This document shows, in pieces, positions 38,702 to 50,000 of a stretch of 64,000 nucleotides of DNA. Source of the stretch: Barthelona sp. PCE (Eukaryota); assembly GCA_040285745.1 (NCBI GenBank), contig JAUFOR010000004.1:992001-1056000 (forward strand), in the 5' to 3' direction. The notes under the pieces were generated by a model that was not told the DNA's origin, ran no database searches, and saw only the letters and a list, made by a program, of their open reading frames with translations. Within the stretch, counting starts at the first letter, position 1. Each line of letters starts with the position of its first letter. The position numbers and the translations under genes are program-made.

Positions 38702-39649
38702 CTATTTTTTTGCAGGGAATACTCTTCCAATCCAAGATGCAATTTCACCATCAAGAGTACGAGCATTCTCATCATCCATAGTTTCAATAGCTTCAAGGTC
38801 TTCAGCATCAAGGATAATATTGGAGTCATTCTTATTAGAAATAATTCTATGTTCTTTAGAACTCTTGGGAATTACTATAAAATCGTTTTGAATAGCCCAA
38901 GCCAAGATAATATTAGCAGGACCACAGCTATGTTTTGCTGATAATGTCTTCAAGACTTCATGTTCAAGTAAATTACTGCGCGAACCTCCTCCTAAAGTTG
39001 AATAACTCATGACAGCAACTCCATGTTCTTGCAAGAAGTTAACCAATTCTCTGTTACGCAAGGCAGGAGAAAGCTCAATTTGATCAACCTCAGGAAGGGT
39101 AAGGCCAGCATCAATGATCTCCTTAAAGTGATGTTGAAGAAAATTGGAAACACCAATGTGTCTAGTTAATCCATCTTCTTTGATGGCAATCATTTGACGC
39201 CACATGTGATCAATTGTCATTTCTTCGTTGATGATAACCTCACCGTCTTCACCACGAGGGAATAATTCCTCATGAGGCTCAGCAGAATCAAATGGCACAG
39301 GCCAGTGAGTGATAAAAAGATCCATATATTCTAAACCAAGCTGTTCAAGCGTCAGGCGTGCTGCGTCGGCAACATGTCCCCATTGAGTGTTCCATAACTT
39401 TCCTACTATGAATAAATCTTCTCTAGTAACACCATCAAGTTCATCAAGCGCACGTTTAATGCCCTTACCGACAGCTTTTTGGTTTCCGTAAACCAAAGCG
39501 CAATCGATAAGTCTATAACCATTCTTGATAGCGAAAAAAACTGCATTGCTCACAGTATCATCATCAATGGTATCTTCCAACCCACTCCAGGTACCAACAC
39601 CAAAAAGAGGCATACCCAGACTTTCGAGTCTTCTGTCTGTTGTATTCAT
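38702..39649 (-). CDS. Aldo-keto reductase
   Basis: MP.FG.GTW; catalytic tetrad in IDCA / VYGNQ / GKLWN / THWP; IGVSNF; VIPKS. Confidence 0.95.
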   Translation of the reverse strand: MNTTDRRLESLGMPLFGVGTWSGLEDTIDDDTVSNAVFFAIKNGYRLIDCALVYGNQKAVGKGIKRALDELDGVTREDLFIVGKLWNTQWGHVADAARLTLEQLGLEYMDLFITHWPVPFDSAEPHEELFPRGEDGEVIINEEMTIDHMWRQMIAIKEDGLTRHIGVSNFLQHHFKEIIDAGLTLPEVDQIELSPALRNRELVNFLQEHGVAVMSYSTLGGGSRSNLLEHEVLKTLSAKHSCGPANIILAWAIQNDFIVIPKSSKEHRIISNKNDSNIILDAEDLEAIETMDDENARTLDGEIASWIGRVFPAKK

Positions 39650-39758
39650 ATTACGTTAAAAGAGAAAGAAATTAATTAGCAGGTGATTCCTGAAAATTAT
39701 GGTTATAGAGTGTTGATTTTATTTAAAATGTGGCTAAAATAAAAGAAAAAGCAAAATA

Positions 39759-42700
39759 CTAAAGGTTGTCAAACATATTCTTTGTAAAAGCTTTTTCAGC
39801 ACCAATTACGTTTTCGTCGAATGTATTAAGGTACAATGAGGTCAGTCGCATAGAATCTAAGTCATAAAGAATGTAACAGTCGCTGCTTATACGAAGATAA
39901 GGTATAACTCCAACATCATCGTTCTGAAAACATAAGAATGATAAGAACCACCCTAAATACTCTTCCGGGATCCATGAAAGATACTTGGACTCAACAATTT
40001 CACTAAACCTACAACAAGACTTCTCCTGAACAAAAAAAACAATTGCAAGAATAATTAAGCGTCCCATATGAGTGATATGTGTACCATTCCAAAAGAACAG
40101 CTTATTAAAGAAACCATTATCAGCAAATTGTAAGGGATAAGAACGTAAAAAAAATGCAATATCATGATTGACAGAATCAGCAATTGGATATTTCCATTCC
40201 GAATCGGGGTGGTACGACACAGAAAACTCACGAGGAGCGTTGGCAACCATTGAATCAACCTTATTATCTGTGAATGTCGAAATAATTGAAGCTAAAACAT
40301 TGGTAGTTGAAATACCCTGATTTTGTTTCTCTAAAAGCATCTCCCAATGACCTGAAGAATCAATATCGTCAAAGCTGAATGGAGAACCGTAACCTAAAAT
40401 GGAACAGAATTCATTAAGACAAAAAAAAGTTGATTGTATATCATTAATATCAATCGAAAAATGACATAAAAATTGATTGAACGTTGTATATTCCTCTGGT
40501 TTATGATAAAACAGTCCAATACCTGTGTATAATCTATCTAGCTTCTTCATTTCTTTTTTTCTATTGGTAAAACTTTCTAAAAAGAAACTAAAATTTGCAC
40601 TGTTCAAAAGATTTTTAAACCCTCGAATTTGACTCTTATTAATCATCCCTTTGCTGTGATTTTTAATAAAAGTACCAGTATCAAGAGGTTTAGGTGCACA
40701 GATATTGTGTGCACAAAGCGCACACTGAAGAAGATGACCAATATTATTGCCACAAGCTTGAGCTGCACTCAAGAAGGCAGATTCAGTAACATGTTGGGGA
40801 TCACTAATGATCTTGTACTCGCCAAACGATTGCAAAAGCAGGTTGAGTGATGAAACAGCAATAACATCACTAGTATCACACTGTTCATATCCAGTTCGTT
40901 GTCTTTTTAAGGGTGCAGATGTTTGTTTTCTTACCTTGCTACCAAATATTATATCAAGTGGCTCAAAATAAACAGTTAGTTTAGCATCAATATTCTCATT
41001 ATGAGATATGGTCTGACTGTAGCAATCATTTCTCCAATTTGGATAGTTTGGATGCAACACATTAATATAGTACATTACAGTGTGACAGTAACGTGCATAA
41101 CTACTCAGTCTGAATAGATTCGCATTCCGATCTGATCCCTTTGCTTCTTTTTGATCCTCATCATGCTCGTTAATATATTCCTTAATATCATCTTCAGAAA
41201 TCAATTCAAGGATACTCTTCCTTGTCGTTTCGAGTTCAATTGCTAATTCTGCCCACTTCTCACCACATCTAGATTCCTTAGTTTCTCCACGAACGTATCT
41301 GAATGCAAGAAAGGCATTCCTAAGTTCTTTAAAAGTCAACAAATGTGTTGGAGAAAGTCTAAAATTCCTCACAATAAGCTCAATTAAATCAGCATATGAT
41401 CTGTCAACGTACATACGTGACGAATCATAATCGGAAAAATTCAACAAACGGTTTTCCATCCTCAATCTTGTAAGCTCAGCAACGCTCACCTTATTTTTAG
41501 CATCATTTTCCAATACACTAATATCATCAAGTAATCTAGCTGTAATACGTAACACATCATTCTTGAAATGATCAAGTGTGTATTCTTCACCATCATCTTC
41601 TTCTTCGAGAAAACGCATGCGAAGTCTATCAGTATTGAGTTTCAATTCGGTATTAATCGTAATTGAATTATCTAGTGGAGATGTGATTGTCAGAATTTCT
41701 ACTTTCAAAAAATCTCTGAATAAACGAGTGAATGAACGTAAACAAGTAACATCAGACATAAGGTCAAATACAGAAATGTTACCACTTTGAATAAGCTTAC
41801 AAAAGTCTTTCATGATCATATTGCGGTATGTATACACCTTGAAAGGATCAATACATCTATGTACTATTGTAACGTGAAGGAAATGTTTCAGTGTCATGCG
41901 ATTTGCAATATCTTTGGGTGAAAAAGTTGTATCAAACCCATTCTCCTCAAAAAAATTAACGAGATACTCCCAAAGAATCGTATATCTATCTTCACTAGCC
42001 ACGTATCCGTATGAATAAGGGAATGGATTATCCTTCTTACGCATGTTCTCAATAGGTTTAGGTTGATTAAAAGATAATTGTTTGGATCTCAACTCTTTCA
42101 TTTTATCACTAGATGGAAGATTTTCTATTACATCAGTATGAACAATGGGATCCAAGCTATAGAAATCAAATGTTGCACTGTAATGAGTGGTCTTTCCATC
42201 GAAAATTGATCCATCAGGTTTGCAACGATAATGATAAACATGAGGAAAATGTCCTATATTATAAAAATCCTTGTTAAATGCGTCTAACTGTCTTGCTGAA
42301 CACGTTTCTAACCCTGGAATCTCAAGATGGGAAACTAAACTGGCAAAGAAATCTGCTAACAATGTATCGACTTGTCTTTTCTGAATTAATTGATGCAATA
42401 AATCACTTGAAATTTCATGAAAAGAACGCTTCTTGACTTTTTGAACAGGTTTCACAGCTGAAGTACTAGAAATCAAAGGACTTTCTAAAGATAAAGACTT
42501 CATTAACTGTTCAGTTGCTGCAATATTGGGTTCAGAGTAACGCGTACTAAAATACTGTTTGAATTCATCAGTCATTTGTAAAACAACAGCTGGTTTGGTC
42601 TTGATAGTATCAAAAACAGTCATCGTCTCGCCATTGATGTTCCGTCCTACTTTTCGCCAATTCTCAACGTATCGTTCAACACCTGTTAATGAAAACATGG

Positions 42701-43952
42701 TTAAATTCGATAGAGTTGTTAAGTTAAAAGATGGCAATAGTGATACTTTGGTTAAAATATCGAGAGTTGGTGGAAGAACAGATGTAAAGTGCTGTTGAAG
42801 CAAAAACTCGTTGGTAAACAATGCAATCGGTTCACGACCAACAGAGCCATTAATAATTTCAAAGTTATCATCATGTTGTTTTCTTGGTTGACTGTAAATA
42901 AAGTTCAACACACCACGAGGAACACAATTAAAGGCAGAGCACTTATCTTTGGTGAAGAGATGCTCCAGCATTATTCTGTATATAATGTAAAAGAATGGAT
43001 TTTCTTTTAGTACTCCATTATCTTTATGTATTGTCAACTCACTCCTATTGATGATGAATGGATGTGAAAGAACTCCTAAGGAACTAAGAGAATTGATCAT
43101 GATCTGTTGACATAGTGCCTTTTGAGTATTCAACAATCGTCTTGGAATATGAGTTGTTTTATAAAAACAGTATGAAGTATTTATGTCGCGTTCATTGCTT
43201 GTCTTGAAAACTGATCCCTTGTTCTTACGATGATTGATTCCCTCGCATAACTCACACTGCCTGATGAACTGAGGGTCCACACGAGCTGTTGATAGTGTAT
43301 TTGGAGAATAACTGTAACTAATTGACTTTAGTATACCAATCTTTGAAAACTCTGCAATAAAACGACTAGATTCCTTACGATCAAAGCCAAAGAACTGATG
43401 CAGTAACAGCTGAGAGCATCCTGAAGAAAACATTCTTAAGTATTGAAAGAACTCTGTTATTTGATGAGGTGAGTTATTTACCTTACCAAGCAAAGTTGAA
43501 TAGACATCATTAGATACGCACAACGACCGACAATCGTGCGTTTCTGTGCTGTATATGTACAGGGATTGAAGATAATCGTCGTTTTGACACCTATCCAAAA
43601 AACCTTGCTTACTCACCCTTGCAATCTTAACCTTGCCTTCTAATTCGATTCTCTTCTTATTACTGAGTCCTTTCTTGCGCTGCTGTTTTAACATGCTGTT
43701 TAAATCCTGGGTTGAGCAGAAGAACGATGTGTTATACTGACATTTAACAATTTTAACAAACGTACGTTTTGCAAATGCCAAATGAGAAGCCGTAGCCTCG
43801 GGGTAGTACTTCGAGAAGTCACTGATGAAGTCTGAATATTTTCTGCAACCCAAAACAAGACCATTTAACCAAAGGTGTGGAAATTGATGCACAGAACCTA
43901 TTTTCATTGGAAAGAAGACGTGCTCATCGGGTTTAATACCCATGACACTCAT
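39759..43952 (-). CDS. Large protein, possibly TFIIIC B-block-binding subunit (GTF3C1/Tfc3)-like
   Basis: ~1397 aa. 'YGYVASEDRYTILWEYL...RMTLKHFLHV' and a C-terminal winged-helix-like block weakly recall GTF3C1. The CDS is solid; the product is tentative. Confidence 0.4.
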   Translation of the reverse strand: MSVMGIKPDEHVFFPMKIGSVHQFPHLWLNGLVLGCRKYSDFISDFSKYYPEATASHLAFAKRTFVKIVKCQYNTSFFCSTQDLNSMLKQQRKKGLSNKKRIELEGKVKIARVSKQGFLDRCQNDDYLQSLYIYSTETHDCRSLCVSNDVYSTLLGKVNNSPHQITEFFQYLRMFSSGCSQLLLHQFFGFDRKESSRFIAEFSKIGILKSISYSYSPNTLSTARVDPQFIRQCELCEGINHRKNKGSVFKTSNERDINTSYCFYKTTHIPRRLLNTQKALCQQIMINSLSSLGVLSHPFIINRSELTIHKDNGVLKENPFFYIIYRIMLEHLFTKDKCSAFNCVPRGVLNFIYSQPRKQHDDNFEIINGSVGREPIALFTNEFLLQQHFTSVLPPTLDILTKVSLLPSFNLTTLSNLTMFSLTGVERYVENWRKVGRNINGETMTVFDTIKTKPAVVLQMTDEFKQYFSTRYSEPNIAATEQLMKSLSLESPLISSTSAVKPVQKVKKRSFHEISSDLLHQLIQKRQVDTLLADFFASLVSHLEIPGLETCSARQLDAFNKDFYNIGHFPHVYHYRCKPDGSIFDGKTTHYSATFDFYSLDPIVHTDVIENLPSSDKMKELRSKQLSFNQPKPIENMRKKDNPFPYSYGYVASEDRYTILWEYLVNFFEENGFDTTFSPKDIANRMTLKHFLHVTIVHRCIDPFKVYTYRNMIMKDFCKLIQSGNISVFDLMSDVTCLRSFTRLFRDFLKVEILTITSPLDNSITINTELKLNTDRLRMRFLEEEDDGEEYTLDHFKNDVLRITARLLDDISVLENDAKNKVSVAELTRLRMENRLLNFSDYDSSRMYVDRSYADLIELIVRNFRLSPTHLLTFKELRNAFLAFRYVRGETKESRCGEKWAELAIELETTRKSILELISEDDIKEYINEHDEDQKEAKGSDRNANLFRLSSYARYCHTVMYYINVLHPNYPNWRNDCYSQTISHNENIDAKLTVYFEPLDIIFGSKVRKQTSAPLKRQRTGYEQCDTSDVIAVSSLNLLLQSFGEYKIISDPQHVTESAFLSAAQACGNNIGHLLQCALCAHNICAPKPLDTGTFIKNHSKGMINKSQIRGFKNLLNSANFSFFLESFTNRKKEMKKLDRLYTGIGLFYHKPEEYTTFNQFLCHFSIDINDIQSTFFCLNEFCSILGYGSPFSFDDIDSSGHWEMLLEKQNQGISTTNVLASIISTFTDNKVDSMVANAPREFSVSYHPDSEWKYPIADSVNHDIAFFLRSYPLQFADNGFFNKLFFWNGTHITHMGRLIILAIVFFVQEKSCCRFSEIVESKYLSWIPEEYLGWFLSFLCFQNDDVGVIPYLRISSDCYILYDLDSMRLTSLYLNTFDENVIGAEKAFTKNMFDNL

Positions 43953-44035
43953 TCTCAAGTTCGGTAATTCTTCAAAACAGGATATAATCTTTTTTACACT
44001 TCTTCTAGTTCAGTCTATGTTTTAGATTATATTTT

Positions 44036-47000
44036 ATGCGACTAAGGATAGTTTTATTATCCATTTGCTTGCTTTTTGTATCAGGATACAGAGTTGGAGG
44101 GATCGAGTCTTTAAATGACAAGTTTGGCCTTAATATGGCTGGAATCACTCAATTTTGGCTGGGATTTGGATATATTGACACTAAATCATCACTAATTTCA
44201 TGTTATGCGGAAGACACAGTGCATATTAAATGCTTGTGTTCTGTTGGAGTTTCAAGTACACCAATCATAACAAGGGCTTTCTCTAAGTATTCAACATTGA
44301 AAATTGAAACAGTATCTTTTTCTTTACCAGAAAGTATGCAGTTGTCAGCCACTGAATTTTTGCAATCTGTTATAATACAGTCAAATCTGAAAGGTTATGG
44401 TGCAATAAGACCGAGTATCAACGATCTGATTGGAACTAAGACTGTTGCAGTTTTTGTTAAGATATATAGGTCTAGTACAACTATGAATTACTATGTTCGA
44501 GTATGGACACCTAATATTTTTAATGTAAGAGATGTTGGTTCAAAGGAAATTGAAATACACAGACAGAATTCACCTGATCCTATAGAATTATCAGTAGCTT
44601 CTTTGCGTTGTAGTAGTTTTCAATCTATGGATTTTTACACAAATATTGTTTGTGCCATTTATTCTGAGCCCGAAGAACAGCTTCACTTTGTTATATATGA
44701 TGTTGGTAGTGATAGCTTGGAACAGTTTGTGGTTAAAGTTCCTGCAGATTTTGATGAACTTTCATTTCTAAATGTTGTTTATGAAAACAATGTTCAAATC
44801 TTAATTGCTCAAGGATCAATCAATTTATATATTCCCAATTTCCCAGAAAACAGAGATATTGAAACTGTTGCAGTCATTAATGAAGTCTTTAATCTTCATT
44901 CAAATTTTATCCCCATCGTGTTGGATTCTTCTCGAGTTCGTGATTACATATTGTATTCGGGAAGAAATGAACAGTTCAACAGGTTGTATCTCACAGCAGA
45001 AAATACAGGTATTGATCTTGATAGTACAGGCTATGATGTCATGATTGATGTTTTTGAAATTAAAAAAAGTAATGATTTCACTGTAGTATCAATTAGTAGA
45101 ATGTCAGGCGATGCGATATTGGTTTACAATTCCCATGACTACTCGCTAAATACCACTTTTGATGCAAGTTCTTCTACCTCAATGTGTTTGAAGAGTAATA
45201 ACAATTTGTATTATATTGCAGAAGATGTGAATTATGAGATAAATTGTATGCATGTGGTTGATCTGAATGAAAATGCACTGGTTTACACAGCTTGTGATCC
45301 TTCATATAGATTTTATGATGTATCATGCACTGCTGATAATATTTATTTTTCAACACAAGATACCATATCCTTAAGAAAACTTGCATGCTCGATGACAGGT
45401 GAAATCGATTACCATTGTCCATTTATGGCTGATCAGACAGAATCAGATTTTACTCTTGCGTTGACCAAAACTTTGTTGTTAGTTTATACTGATGATGAAT
45501 TGCGAGGTTACAGTGAAATACGCAGCTCACACTATAGAGTAATTGATACAATCAATAACTTTAGTGATGCAGCAATCTTAAAAACATTTCCAATGACAAA
45601 CGCGATTGGTTGGTATGTGCTTTATGAAAGGGGTAAGAATAGTATTTATTGGGGCACATACAATGAAACAGTAGGGTTTGAAGATTGTTCTGATATTATA
45701 ACACATTCAGTTCATGATATTATAATTGTTAATAATCGAATGATAATTTCTTTTGATGAAAAAGATAAAGTTCAAGTTTTGATTTATGATAGAATTTCGA
45801 ATACTTGGATACATGAAGGTTTTGTTAGTTTTGATATGTTGATCAATTATAATTTTGGTGGCTCAATGATTTTATCAGGAAATACTTTACTTTTTACCGG
45901 AATTGCTTCACAATTCATTGAAAATGACTTGATATACTACCATACATTGGACATTGTATGTGAAGATAATCATGTTTTAAATGAATACATGCAGTGTGTA
46001 TTAGTATGTGATGAAGGTGCAATTTTTATCCCAGCAACTGACACGTGTGTTCAATGCGAATCTGGTATGTATGCATATGAAGATTTTTGTCTCACCTGTT
46101 TATCAGGACATTTTTGTGTCAATGGTATAAAAACAATCTGTCCCAATGGAATGGTTGCCGGTAAGGGGAGCATAAGTTGTGTCGCTTGTGATTCACAATC
46201 AGCTCCTAATTCTGAAAGAAGTTCATGTGTGAAAAATTTTGTTTCTTGTCCAAGTAATTTTGTAGTAGCTTTTAGTTTATCAGTACAAGGTGACATATGC
46301 TTATTTGACATTGGAAAGGATGATAAGAAGTTTCTTTCTTCAACAGATAATGTTTATATTAGTGATAATCTTGTTATTGATCATGCAATTTCATCAAAAG
46401 GAGTTCGATATATTTCAGGTTCAATTTACATCGAAAATGGTGAGTTAAAAACTGGAAAAGGCTTTCAAAGTATATTGATAAATGATTTTACATGTATCAA
46501 TGGTACTTTTACTTCACTTAGTATGAAAATCAAAGGATCTCTTATTTTACTGAATTGTTCTTTTTCTGTTATAGATTTGATTGTTGAAAGAGACGTTGAA
46601 ATTGCAAATAGTTCAGTACGTGTATTCCATAAAGTTTTTTTTTATCATCACACTATATACGTATCTAATACCCATATTACATCAGTCGCTGTATTATTTG
46701 GACACTTCTCAATTGCTCGGTTGACTGATGTAACGGTTGAAGGAAGTATTATTATGTTTAAGGCTGCACAATTAGTAGTTCAAAATTGTTCTTCAACATC
46801 ACTTTCAGCTGATGTTCATAGCAGTATCAAAGGAGAACTGTTGGTTAAAACACTGTTTACAACTGCACTACCAACGTTTTCTTTGCCTGTTTTGGACCTT
46901 ATGTCGTTTCAAAGGTTTAACAGAAGTGCAGTCACCGTATCTCATCCTACTGCACCTATTTGTAACTATGATGATGCTCTTGAACTAGTTGGCTTATCTG

Positions 47001-50000
47001 GTGTGGTTACTAGCTCATTTAACAACGATAGCGTTTACAGTCTATCTGTTGCTGAAAAAAGTGAGTATAAATTAGAAGGGTTCGAGTATAGTTGGACCGA
47101 AGAAAAGGTTGAACGTTTAGAGTTTGATACTTCCAGAACTCGAGCATTTTTATGTGAAGAATTAATTGAATTTTTTGGGTCAAAAGATGTAATTGAATTT
47201 GATGATTGTGGTTTTTTTGAATTTGTTATACGAAGTATTAGTATTAAACTATTATCTTTGAAAAATGAATATATTCTTGATACAAGTATTGATGGGAGTG
47301 TAATAATTGGTAGTGGTGTATCTATTCAAAGTTTGGCTGTTTCTGATGGAACTTTGTGTTTTGAAAATGAGATAATATTTGATTCAAACTCATTAATTGT
47401 GTTAAATTCTGCTATTTTAAGGTTCGAAAAGTTGTTAAGTATTAATTTGCCTATTTCACACATTGATATGTCGGAAATATCTTGCAAACCTGGTCAGTAT
47501 GTGAGTATCGATGAATTAAGCATTTTAAATCAAGCAACTATCGTTAATTGTGTGTTTAATGAAACTGTAATAATTCATCTTGAAGGGTCATTGAAACTTA
47601 ATGATGTCACAATATCAGCTCAAGTGTATGCTACTTCAGGTGGTATTTCTGTTACTTATGGTAACGTTTCAGTCGAATGGGTATTTAGGAATGGAAATAA
47701 TATTGCTCTAAACGGAAAGATGTATAGCAATTATTTTGATGGGTATCATGATCGATTTATGGGTAATTATGAGTTGATTTTTATTGATAACGCTGCAAAA
47801 ATTAGCATAATTGTATGTTATGAACATTTTATCAATTTTACTTTCAAAAATTTGGTTGAGACTAAGGGAACTAACTGCAATTTCACATGCATTAATTGTA
47901 TGTTTGAACAAGATTTTAATATATATTCCAGTGATACTGTTCACATATATTCCAGTACCTTTACCAACTTAATCACAGAAGAATTGACTGAAATACTGTG
48001 GGGAGGCGACAACCACATCGAAGGACTGTCAATAACAAACAGTGATACAATTTTTATGGAACAACCTCATGTACTTACCAAACTGATTATTGATACACTT
48101 TTAACAAACAACGCACCGGTAAGAATTGGTCCTTTACACACCTTAAATATTGAAAACCTCAAGATGAATGCAAATACAACGTTTATTGTTCAGAATTTAT
48201 TCCTTACTGAGGTTATTCTTGTTACGAGTCAAAATTTTGTTATTATTGGTAATTTACACAAACTCGATCGGCTGATACGTGGAGAAATGGGATCAAATGG
48301 AGTTAGTATCACAGTAACTGCAGTTTTAACAAAAATAGACTCATTACTAATAAGTGATCTGGTTGTTCTTTGGTCATCTGCTTCAATTATTGACTCAATG
48401 GTACTTTCAGGTTCAAACTTTACTATTTCAAACAGTTTGCAAGTTAACAACATTCATTTTAACAATAGTTTCTTTGTAGTTGATGGTGATTATATTCAGT
48501 TACATATTTTGAGTGGAATATTCATCGAAAATTACATTCCATATACTATTGACCACCCATCAACTGAATATTTGATCCAAATTCGCTCAAATGCTAAATC
48601 TGCTGTTTCTATTAATGGTGTTGTTAGTGCAAAAGATATACCTGATCATGTTCCGTTCATCACATCATCAAAAACTGTTATTATTAGTCTAGAATTATCT
48701 GAGAAATTATTACCAAATATGTTTGTTTTAAATGCTGAGCATTCTGACACCAAATTTTTTTTCACCAAATTTCTATCATATTCAGCATCAACATCAACAG
48801 AAAGTTATGCTAATACATTTTATGCACCTTTTGCTGCAGGTTTGACAGACATACATGGAGATTCTATTGGTGTTTCTCAAAATTTTCAAAAAAATTGCTA
48901 TAAGTTGGAGGAGAAGCTTTGCATCGATCCAATATCAATACTTGCAGAGGGATCTACGGCTCAAGACATTGTTATTCTGCTAAATGATACATCAAAACCT
49001 TTTTCATTCGAAATTGGGGATCATACTACCGCTGTTAGAGTTATTGTAGGGCGTAATGTCACTGTTGATTTCACGTATACTTCTCAATCTGCTACTCCAT
49101 TTATTGTTTTTGCAGAATGGAATTCATCTGTTACTATTTTTAGTAATGATGATTATTCTACCAAAATCAACATGTTTGGTGTGAATACAGAACTGTTGCT
49201 TAAAAATACTGCAAAAATGTTGGCTTACATTTTCATGGATGGTGTTTTAAGTGCTAGTAATACTAAATTTGTTCGGCTTAGAATTTTTGGTTCACATTCG
49301 TACGTTTTAAGCAGTGATACTTTGAAAATTTATGATTCTAACCCAAGTATCATAGGTAAAAGAGGTACTGAGTTGTCAATATTAGCAAGTGATATGACTT
49401 TTGTACTTGGTTGTTTTGATTATGATAATGAGTTTATAATAACACTCACCTATACAACAGGTTCCCATCCAAAATTCAAAACTATCAACACTGCATTGTC
49501 TTTAAATTCTGTTGGATCTGAAGATGCTTATGATACTTCTTTATCAATAATTTCTGCAACTGCGGTAGGTTATTTTAAAGAGATAAAAGCCCAGAGCATA
49601 AGCACAATAGCCATTTCTGGTTTCAAAACAATGTATTTGCACAGTAGAGTGGAGATTACAAACTGCACAGTTCACTTTTATAACACTTTAATGTATATGA
49701 ATTCTTATTCAGGACTTTTATTAACCGATTCTGTTATGGAGTACTTTAATCAAGTTGATTCGTTGACATTTGGATACATATATATTGAAGAAAGTTTCAT
49801 TATTTCTAATTCGGATGAATTTGTATTTCGAGTTAATTATTCCGAAACAACTTCCTTGTTAAGTAGAACTCTTCAAATATATAGTAGAAACATAATCTTT
49901 ACACACAACAACAATATTACACATAGTGCTTTCAGTGCAGATGATAGTATAATACTACGTTTTATTGTAATAGATTTTAGGTTGTTTAGTATTGATCTTA

